IMG/VR virus record: IMGVR_UViG_3300025122_000146
Span: 1 to 24,691 of that record
Length of the DNA: 24,691 bases
Reading direction: 5' to 3' (one strand)
DNA from: a virus
Taxonomy: Duplodnaviria; Caudoviricetes
This document shows positions 1 through 6,722 of the stretch, piece after piece. Numbering within the stretch: the first letter of the stretch is position 1; every line of letters begins with the position of its first letter. Below the pieces are notes generated by a model. It searched no databases. It had not been told where the DNA came from and saw nothing but the letters and a program-made list of their open reading frames with translations. The position numbers were made by a program, and so were the translations under genes.

Positions 1-2
1 CA

Positions 3-326
3 ACTGCTATCGTCGTAGATAGGTGGGGTCGCGAGGGTAGCTCCAAGTGGAAAGGGCTTGGACCTAACAAGGAGCTTACCCTAGTGAACTGTGCTGCTGC
101 TAAGATCTGGGATCATAACGGCAGGCGAGCAGGCTACACTACTGACTGCAACACCTGTAGAATGTGTGTGCTTACGCCACGTACTAGGAATCTAGTCGTG
201 GCTTTTCCTTTACATGGAAACCACATGGCTAAGAACGCAGCGATAACTAAGATTGTAACTTGGGAAGAACTACTAACACAAATCAACAACGAGGAGAAAG
301 ACAATGGAAATCAACTCAGCCGCTGA
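3..326 (+). CDS. 5'-truncated Cys-rich phage protein (CxxCxxC...FxxHG C-terminus, probable Fe-S/metal binding)
   Basis: The frame of ORF 84..326 stays open to the window start (TAIVVDRWGREG...). C-terminus has DCNTCRMC...VVAFPLHG. An AAGGAG at 69-74 before GTG84 makes a shorter gene possible. Confidence 0.6.
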   Translation, partial: TAIVVDRWGREGSSKWKGLGPNKELTLVNCAAAKIWDHNGRRAGYTTDCNTCRMCVLTPRTRNLVVAFPLHGNHMAKNAAITKIVTWEELLTQINNEEKDNGNQLSR

Positions 327-624
327 TGTAGCTACCTACTTTGGAATGGAGCCTGGTGCTGCATGGCATCGGGTAGAGAAGGCAGTCTTTAAGGGTACTG
401 ATTGTGGTGCCTGGATTAAGTTTGAGTTTGCCGCTGAAGAGAACGGGGGGAGCTACCTACTGGTAGGTTCTATCGTTGAGGGGTCAGACGCAGACTGCGA
501 TACTATCAGGCTTAAACTACCAACTACAGGAGAAGCACTAGGAGAAGCACTAGACTGTGTGGATACCCAAGCAGCAGAAATATGGAAGGAATGGAACGAA
601 GAGGAGGAAGCAACATGGAAGTAA
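304..624 (+). CDS. Acidic hypothetical early phage protein (106 aa)
   Basis: Strong SD GAGGAG at 291-296; fits the operon packing. Confidence 0.8.
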   Translation: MEINSAADVATYFGMEPGAAWHRVEKAVFKGTDCGAWIKFEFAAEENGGSYLLVGSIVEGSDADCDTIRLKLPTTGEALGEALDCVDTQAAEIWKEWNEEEEATWK

Positions 625-680
625 CACTACACCTTGAGTCCTATCAAATAACAACTAGCCAAACAGGAGAAAGACAATGA
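615..680 (+). CDS. 21-aa mini-ORF (MEVTLHLESYQITTSQTGERQ), not in ORF track
   Basis: GAGGAGG at 601-607, ATG at 615, TGA at 678-680 overlapping the next ATG (ATGA); it fills the gap exactly. Confidence 0.45.
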   Translation: MEVTLHLESYQITTSQTGERQ

Positions 681-681
681 C
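655..681 (+). repeat. Translation-initiation direct repeat, copy A (CTAGCCAAACAGGAGAAAGACAATGAC)
   Basis: 25/27 identical to 1062-1088; core AGGAGAAAGACAATG is identical to 292-306. Confidence 0.85.
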
Positions 682-1081
682 AACAGCTAACCAATGTCCC
701 GCCGAAGGGGAGGTGCTGGCCGTATACTATAAAATAGTGGAGGTCCATAAAGGGGCAGTAAAAACGCTATTCCACGGTCTCAACGGTAGCCGCACCATTC
801 CTGTGGGCGAGTGGCTGACAGCCGATAAAAAATTAGTCCACGATGGGACATCTAAGACCCAGTATCTTTCGGGTTGGCACGTTCTGCCAACTCTGAAGGA
901 GTGCGAAGAGTACCTAGAGATATTCACTAAGCGGTTAGATCTTCTTTGTATCGTTCCCTGTGAAGTCCGTGGAGAAGTTCGGCCTAAAGTACACAGCCGG
1001 TCTAACGTATTCCTAGCTGATCAAATAAAGATACTACCGCCACTAACCCGCCTCCCGCACTCTAACCAAACAGGAGAATGA
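677..1081 (+). CDS. Hypothetical early phage protein (134 aa)
   Basis: SD AGGAG; YK...GEW...GWH...CEV pattern typical of small phage proteins; function not assignable. Confidence 0.8.
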   Translation: MTTANQCPAEGEVLAVYYKIVEVHKGAVKTLFHGLNGSRTIPVGEWLTADKKLVHDGTSKTQYLSGWHVLPTLKECEEYLEIFTKRLDLLCIVPCEVRGEVRPKVHSRSNVFLADQIKILPPLTRLPHSNQTGE

Positions 1082-1088
1082 CAATGAC
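1062..1088 (+). repeat. Translation-initiation direct repeat, copy B (CTAACCAAACAGGAGAATGACAATGAC)
   Basis: 25/27 identical to 655-681. Confidence 0.85.
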
Positions 1089-1842
1089 TAACCCTATCAT
1101 CGCTAAAATCGAGAAGCTCTTACGCTTATCTAAAGACCAGGACGGTACACCAGAAGGAGAGACAGCAGCTAGGCTAGCCCACCGTATGATGACTGCTCAT
1201 GCCATTAACATGGCACAGATAGACATCACTAAGGAGGCTCACCATGACCCTCTAGTAAGGGAGACCTTACACCCTGACCAGCAGCCTAACCGTCAGTGGC
1301 GACGGACATTGGCTAACCTCTTAGCTCGCCACTGTAACTGTAAGACTGCTTATCACAGTTACCGTAGGGGTCTCACCATCTACTTGTATGGTCACAAGTC
1401 AGACATCGAGATCATTCGCTACCTCTACGAGATCTGCGAGCGACAGCTAGAAGCTGCCGCAGCTACGTACAAGAAGAGTCTGAAAGAAAGAGAAACGTGC
1501 AGGCGTTATGACTGGGACACCAACGAGTACGTACCTGTCTATGGCTACAGCAGTGGTGAGATGCGTCGGCAGCTTAATAGCTTTAGGCGCTCAGCCTTAG
1601 ACGGGCTTGCGGATAAGCTACGTAGAATCAGGCAGGATACCAAAGCTGAAGTCGGTGCAAGCTATGCTCTAGTACGCAACCGTAAGGAGAAGGTCTCCGC
1701 ATACTATGACACCTTCACCTTCGGTGTGGCTAAAGCCTCCGCTAGGTACTCGCATAACGCTGCCGGTTACAACGCTGGTAAGAACATCAGCCTGCACTCA
1801 GGCATCAAGGGCTCAAGAACTAAGCAACTAGGAGGTGAGTGA
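1084..1842 (+). CDS. DUF2786-domain protein
   Basis: N-terminal IAKIEKLLRLS...PEGETAARLAHRMM motif, central WRRTLA/YGHKSD region and C-terminal AGYNAG. ATG1084 has better SD spacing than ATG1078. Confidence 0.85.
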   Translation: MTNPIIAKIEKLLRLSKDQDGTPEGETAARLAHRMMTAHAINMAQIDITKEAHHDPLVRETLHPDQQPNRQWRRTLANLLARHCNCKTAYHSYRRGLTIYLYGHKSDIEIIRYLYEICERQLEAAAATYKKSLKERETCRRYDWDTNEYVPVYGYSSGEMRRQLNSFRRSALDGLADKLRRIRQDTKAEVGASYALVRNRKEKVSAYYDTFTFGVAKASARYSHNAAGYNAGKNISLHSGIKGSRTKQLGGE

Positions 1843-2045
1843 TGCCCCAGAGTAATACTAAGAAGAGAAGGCTTATAGATGAGAACATCCACTGGCTGAT
1901 ACAGGATCCTCCTGTCGGCCTAACACCCGGTGACATAGCTACTCTCAGGCTAGGGCTAGAGAAGATGTCCACTGAAGCCAACGAGATTCTACGTAATAGT
2001 CTGCGCCATAACCCCCACCCCTCAAGGAGAAATAACAATGAATAG
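1839..2045 (+). CDS. Hypothetical protein (68 aa)
   Basis: SD AGGAGGT; start overlaps the upstream stop (GTGA). Confidence 0.65.
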   Translation: MMPQSNTKKRRLIDENIHWLIQDPPVGLTPGDIATLRLGLEKMSTEANEILRNSLRHNPHPSRRNNNE

Positions 2046-3645
2046 TCTTCGCCTACCCCCACTCTACCGAGGCTCCGTACCTGTCACTGTCCCTGGTGTC
2101 AGCGTACGAGGGAGCACTAACACTGGCCCACCACAGAACTGCCGTCTACTACTGAAAGGAAACGTAGTTCCTATGTCATTCACTATTGATCCGCTTGAGT
2201 CTCCCGGTAAGGAGATTCATCCTTGGGTACTAGACTGGCTCACTGACTACCAGCGAGAAGCCTGGAGGTATGCCCACAATCGTAGCGGCGCTAACCTATG
2301 GCATGCTTGCGGCGCAGGTAAGACAGCTACTGCTATCTGCTGGGCTCTCTCTGGTAGGTGGGAAGGGCCCATCATTGTAGTCACCAAGGCACCTACTAAG
2401 AGGCAGTGGAAGAGGGAAGTAGAAAGGTTAACTACTATCCACCCCACCATCCTCTACGGGCAAGACCCACAGAAGCTAGAGAAAGATGTACGCATGGTCA
2501 TCCTTAGCTGGGAGATCCTACCTCACTGGGTAGGTGAGCTTACCCGCTGGATTGGTGGCGGCATGGCTAGCGTAGTCTTCGATGAGATACACAAAGCCAA
2601 GGCATGGCAGCGTAAAGAGAAGTACGTAAAGGACGATGGCTCCGTAGGCTGGCAACCTAAGCGTAACATCTCGCAGTGTGCCTCCATCCTCTCAGCTAGA
2701 GCCAAGCGCAGGCTAGGGCTAACAGCTACTCCTGTACGTGATAGGATCTCAGACCTCTGGTCACAGCTTGACTTGATTGAGCCTGATTGCTGGGGTACTA
2801 ACTGGGAGTTCGTTCACAGGTACTGTGACGCTCAGCCAGGTAAGTTCGGTGGGATCGACACCACAGGTAAGAGTAACATAGATGAGCTACGGCTGCGCTT
2901 CTCCCAGGTATGCCACGTAGTCTCCTACACCCAGATGTCTACACAACTACCAGCTAAGCGCAGGCAGCTATGCTACCTGTCCCGTGAAGACCAGAGTAGA
3001 CCGAGTGCTTTTTCTGCTGACCTTAAGCAGGCAGCACGTAAGGGAGCCCAAGCTTTATTCGAGATGCGACTACTAGAAGCAGCTAGTCGTAAGCGTAAGT
3101 GGATAGTAGAGACAGTGGTCGAGGCAGTAGAGAACAAACAAAAGGTAGTGGTATTCACTGGCCGAAGGGTTGACTGCGAGCGTATAGCAGAGGCAATCGA
3201 GAAGGCTAAGCCTGAGCACGTACCTCTTTGGTGGGGGCATGGCGGGGTATCTACCACTGAGCGTGATGCTATGGTTGCTGCTTACTCTACCTGCGAAGAG
3301 GCGTCTGTCTTTGTTGGGACTACTGACGCTTTTGGTGAGGCTGTTGATGGGCTGCAACATACAGACCTAGCCTTGTTTGGACTACTACCATGGACTCCAG
3401 GTCAGGTAACCCAGGCAGAAGGGCGCTTCAGTAGGCAGGGATCAACGCGACCTGTCCTCATTATGTACACCGTAGCCGAGGGTACTGTTGACGAGCACGT
3501 AGCTGACATCTTGCTTAACAAACTGGAAGCAGTGGGTGAGGCTTTAGAGGATGACGAAGCGGTGGGTGTGGCTGGCACCCTGGCTGGTGAAGAGGACGAG
3601 GCAGCAATCATAGCTAACATACTCGCCAAGGCTAACGTCGGATGA
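2038..3645 (+). CDS. SNF2-type superfamily 2 helicase
   Basis: LTDYQ Q-motif, motif I CGAGKT, motif II VVFDEIH, motif III LTATP, DLWSQL, motif VI QAEGRFSRQG. Alternative in-frame start at ATG2173. Confidence 0.93.
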   Translation: MNSLRLPPLYRGSVPVTVPGVSVRGSTNTGPPQNCRLLLKGNVVPMSFTIDPLESPGKEIHPWVLDWLTDYQREAWRYAHNRSGANLWHACGAGKTATAICWALSGRWEGPIIVVTKAPTKRQWKREVERLTTIHPTILYGQDPQKLEKDVRMVILSWEILPHWVGELTRWIGGGMASVVFDEIHKAKAWQRKEKYVKDDGSVGWQPKRNISQCASILSARAKRRLGLTATPVRDRISDLWSQLDLIEPDCWGTNWEFVHRYCDAQPGKFGGIDTTGKSNIDELRLRFSQVCHVVSYTQMSTQLPAKRRQLCYLSREDQSRPSAFSADLKQAARKGAQALFEMRLLEAASRKRKWIVETVVEAVENKQKVVVFTGRRVDCERIAEAIEKAKPEHVPLWWGHGGVSTTERDAMVAAYSTCEEASVFVGTTDAFGEAVDGLQHTDLALFGLLPWTPGQVTQAEGRFSRQGSTRPVLIMYTVAEGTVDEHVADILLNKLEAVGEALEDDEAVGVAGTLAGEEDEAAIIANILAKANVG

Positions 3646-3824
3646 AGAAGAAGATAACTAAGGTTCAAGCTGATATACTAGCTAGACTTAAGAGGGAGGG
3701 CCGAGCCTTCGGACCTGTACACTCACTCAAACTACTACAGAAGAAAGGTCTAGTCGTGGGCAACAAGCGCACAGGCTGGGCATTAACTAAAGAAGGAGAG
3801 GAAATATGGACACTCTTAGGGTAA
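3642..3824 (+). CDS. Small basic winged-helix-like DNA-binding protein
   Basis: ITKVQADIL...LKLLQKKGLV...WALTKEG resembles a wHTH wing signature; ATGA overlap with the helicase. Confidence 0.6.
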   Translation: MKKKITKVQADILARLKREGRAFGPVHSLKLLQKKGLVVGNKRTGWALTKEGEEIWTLLG

Positions 3825-4027
3825 GGTGCCCCAAGTGTTGGGCAGCACCGGGTACAAAATGCATTAGTCTAAGGTGGGCAAGGTCCAGGGGGAGACAACC
3901 CGCAGTGTCTTACAGCCGCGACGGGGATTACCAAGGACGCGATAGCCCTGATGACCACAGGATTGAGAAGCCTCATAAAGAACGCATAGATAAGAGCATC
4001 ATCTCACCAGGAGCACGCTCACTATGA
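3806..4027 (+). CDS. Small zinc-finger protein (CPxCxAxPGxxC...HxxR)
   Basis: CPKCWAAPGTKC...PHKER; SD AGGAGAGG upstream. Confidence 0.7.
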   Translation: MDTLRVRCPKCWAAPGTKCISLRWARSRGRQPAVSYSRDGDYQGRDSPDDHRIEKPHKERIDKSIISPGARSL

Positions 4028-4992
4028 TCTGTAATGGCTGTGGGGCAGAAGCCTTCGGTCCATGTGGAGATCCCACCATCCCTAAAGGATGGATCAGTAA
4101 GTACTACAGCTACCACGACAGCGTGTATGGCTGCTCACAAGAATGTTTAACAATAGCAAAGGAGAAGAGAACAGTGACTAAGAAACTAATCAATGCAGGC
4201 CCATCCGAGGCAGGATGGCACAGACTACAGAGTGTGCTTAAGTGCCCACGCTACTACGTACTGGAGAGAGACCGCCCTTGGAAGTGGAGCCCTCCTCTAG
4301 TGAAGGGGTCGCTAGTCCACATTGGACTCGCCCACCACTACCGCAGGGTGCAAGCAGAACAGCAAGGGGAAGACCCTGACCAATGGTATGAACCTATGGA
4401 AGCAATCGCTAAGCTCGTCTTTGAGAACGCAGCAGACTCACCACACTGGATGGAGTATGCAGAGTTAGCCCAGGAAGCAGTGGGTAAGTACATCGTTGAG
4501 TGGGAGAGTGAGCAGTGGAAGGTACGTGCAGTGGAGCACGAGCTTCGAGCTATGGTAGACGGTAAGCACCTGTACACTCAGCGGGTGGATGCAATCTTCG
4601 AGGCTCCCGGCGGAAAGATATGGATGGTCGATCACAAGACTACCTTTCGTATCGCTCCGAAAACTATTCGACGTTACACATTGTCGGGTCAGATGCTGGG
4701 TTATCAGCTATTCGGACAGAAGCTTTATGGAGACAAGTTTGCAGGCGTCATGCTGAATATGATACAACTACCCCAAGAAGTTGGAAAGAATTACAGCTTC
4801 GCAAGACCAACGATTGAACCAGCACCCTTCGCAGTACCTAAGCTCAAACAGACTATCCTACACGCAGAAGAACTAATTGAAAGATACAAAGACAAAGACC
4901 CCATGGACGTACCCGGTGTGTTTCACGAGACAGCATGCTGGACTCCCTATGGTCAATGTCCCTTCGCTTCCTACTGTCAGTGGGGGTCATAA
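4024..4992 (+). CDS. Cas4-like PD-(D/E)XK exonuclease with 4-Cys Fe-S cluster and N-terminal zinc ribbon
   Basis: KCPR, GSLVH, EHEL, RVD...MVDHKT, QMLGY, and C-terminal C-x6-CPF-x3-C. Confidence 0.88.
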   Translation: MICNGCGAEAFGPCGDPTIPKGWISKYYSYHDSVYGCSQECLTIAKEKRTVTKKLINAGPSEAGWHRLQSVLKCPRYYVLERDRPWKWSPPLVKGSLVHIGLAHHYRRVQAEQQGEDPDQWYEPMEAIAKLVFENAADSPHWMEYAELAQEAVGKYIVEWESEQWKVRAVEHELRAMVDGKHLYTQRVDAIFEAPGGKIWMVDHKTTFRIAPKTIRRYTLSGQMLGYQLFGQKLYGDKFAGVMLNMIQLPQEVGKNYSFARPTIEPAPFAVPKLKQTILHAEELIERYKDKDPMDVPGVFHETACWTPYGQCPFASYCQWGS

Positions 4993-4993
4993 G

Positions 4994-5197
4994 ATGGGGA
5001 CCAATGATCATATTGATACTGACGTAAACTGCCCCCAACTGACCTGTGATTACTGTGGTGAGCTAGAACCCTGGCACCAGATGATGGAAGAAGGAGCCCT
5101 TATCCTAGAGGAGCGGGCGGTGGAGATACGTAAAAGTCCTTCATGGATTAAGGTCGCTTGCACTCATTGTGTGCATGTATTCAATAAAGATAACTAA
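4994..5197 (+). CDS. Small zinc-ribbon protein (67 aa; CDYC...CTHC)
   Basis: In-frame ATG4994 immediately follows the nuclease stop, which is more plausible than the 4877 start; two CxxC pairs. Confidence 0.65.
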   Translation: MGTNDHIDTDVNCPQLTCDYCGELEPWHQMMEEGALILEERAVEIRKSPSWIKVACTHCVHVFNKDN

Positions 5198-5210
5198 CTA
5201 GGAGAGAGTA

Positions 5211-6113
5211 ATGACTAAAGCTAATGAAATATTTGGGATCATCTATGGTCCCGCTAAACGAGGTAAGACAGTAGCGGCTATCCGTTCCTTCCCCACTGGA
5301 TTCTTTATCTCACCCAAGGGTGGGATGCTGAGTTCCAACTGGCTAGGATGGGAGCCCAAGAGCATAGAGGCCACAGGCTTTGACCAGATTATGAACATCT
5401 TGTCTAAGCCACACAATCACCCAGCTATCATCATTGATGACTTCAGCATCATTGCTGATGCAGAGCTTGGTAAGCTTAAGAAGACACACCGAGGGTGGTC
5501 AGCCTTCGATGTCTTTAACGCAAAGGTCTACGAGCTACGTGACTGTGCAAGGGAGGCTAACTGCCATGTCATCCTCATCATGCATGAGCAACCACCACGC
5601 GAAGTGAAGAAGGATGGCGGCGGTAAGTACATCCCTGGTGCCCCACTCATCCCTGGCTGGCAGTTACCTGAGAAGCTACCTGCTCTGGCTGACTTCGTAG
5701 CTAGGGTAGTACACACCGATGACTTCCCTGGTCCTTGGCCGTTTGTCTTTCAGACAGGACCAGACCAGAACTACATCACAGGTGACCGACTCGCCATTAC
5801 TCCACCACTTAGCCCAATGAACTTAGGGGAAACCCTACGTGCTGCTGGCTATACCATCCCTCGACCTGAGCCCCTACTCTGGATGGAGGATGCGGTGGAA
5901 AAGATTTCTCAACTATTAGTTCAACAAATGCAAAAGGAGGAGCCTAACTTTCAACCAATACTCAAGGCGGCAGCTACTAAACTAACTGCCAAGGTAAGTG
6001 ACAAGCGTCATATCAGGTGGGCTTTGTTAGACTCGTTTGATCGAGCGTACCTGAAGATTCATTCAACCAATCTAGTCGATGACTTCATTGAGTCATTCGA
6101 CGTAGCAATCTAA
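5211..6113 (+). CDS. AAA_24/Sak4-like P-loop ATPase (putative single-strand annealing recombinase)
   Basis: IYGPAKRGKT Walker A, IIIDD Walker B, HVILIMHE; typical position between an exonuclease and an SSB. Confidence 0.8.
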   Translation: MTKANEIFGIIYGPAKRGKTVAAIRSFPTGFFISPKGGMLSSNWLGWEPKSIEATGFDQIMNILSKPHNHPAIIIDDFSIIADAELGKLKKTHRGWSAFDVFNAKVYELRDCAREANCHVILIMHEQPPREVKKDGGGKYIPGAPLIPGWQLPEKLPALADFVARVVHTDDFPGPWPFVFQTGPDQNYITGDRLAITPPLSPMNLGETLRAAGYTIPRPEPLLWMEDAVEKISQLLVQQMQKEEPNFQPILKAAATKLTAKVSDKRHIRWALLDSFDRAYLKIHSTNLVDDFIESFDVAI

Positions 6114-6129
6114 AGAAGAGGAGAATTAT

Positions 6130-6669
6130 ATGTCCTGGGAAATCGAAGTCAATCTATCTGGTGTCAACGCAGCGGGGATGAATGTCCCACCAACGGAGAA
6201 GGGGCCCTACAAAGTTAAGGTCTTTTCAACTGAGAAGCGTGACACTCAAGCCGGTAACCAACGCGCCATCTTCCGTACTATCGTACAAGAAGGCAAGTAC
6301 AAAGGATGCAGCATCTCTGACGGGATTAACTTCCCCAAGGATCCTGAAGACTTTGTTAAGCGTTACTGGAAGGCAATGCTCATCTCACTTGGCTTCTCTG
6401 AAGCTAAGCTTGATAAGGGTATTAAGCTCAACGGAAGCAAACTTGTGGGGAAGATCGGCTACGTCTTCTTCTCCCCGGCTGACCAGGAAGGCAGCGGCTA
6501 CTCTTCAGTGAAGTGGATTCCTAAAGAGCAGTACGAGCAACTGGTTGCCTTGGCGGCAGCGACTAATGAGGGCTTTGATGTAGAGGAAGACAACGACAAT
6601 GGTGTCACTACCTCAACTGCTACCCCTAGCAGCGATGGTAAAGACGCTCTGTCCTTCCTCGAAATCTAA
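6130..6669 (+). CDS. DUF669-like single-stranded DNA-binding protein
   Basis: GPYKVKV...TQAGN...FRTIVQEGKYKG OB-fold-like pattern; acidic tail ending in hydrophobic residues; strong SD GAGGAG. Confidence 0.72.
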   Translation: MSWEIEVNLSGVNAAGMNVPPTEKGPYKVKVFSTEKRDTQAGNQRAIFRTIVQEGKYKGCSISDGINFPKDPEDFVKRYWKAMLISLGFSEAKLDKGIKLNGSKLVGKIGYVFFSPADQEGSGYSSVKWIPKEQYEQLVALAAATNEGFDVEEDNDNGVTTSTATPSSDGKDALSFLEI

Positions 6670-6677
6670 ACTCAACC

Positions 6678-6709
6678 TAAGGAGTCCTGCCTTCGGGCAG
6701 GGCTTCTTA
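6678..6709 (+). terminator. cUUCGg-capped stem-loop between ssb and polA (terminator/attenuator or mRNA stabiliser)
   Basis: TAAGGAGTCCTGCC-TTCG-GGCAGGGCTTCTTA: 14-bp stem with G-U pairs; weak U tract. Confidence 0.75.
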
Positions 6710-6722
6710 CCCCAGGTGGCCC

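Noticed and set aside
528-553. 12-bp tandem duplication AGGAGAAGCACT x2 (GEALGEAL)
   Set aside because: Only two in-frame copies inside a CDS; likely a trivial slippage event.
4024-4992. Cas4-like gene as evidence of a CRISPR-Cas system
   Set aside because: No repeat-spacer array or other cas genes; stand-alone Cas4-like nucleases are common in phage recombination modules.
4877-4993. Long N-terminal version of ORF 4877..5197
   Set aside because: It overlaps the conserved nuclease C-terminus by more than 110 nt; ATG4994 is more plausible.
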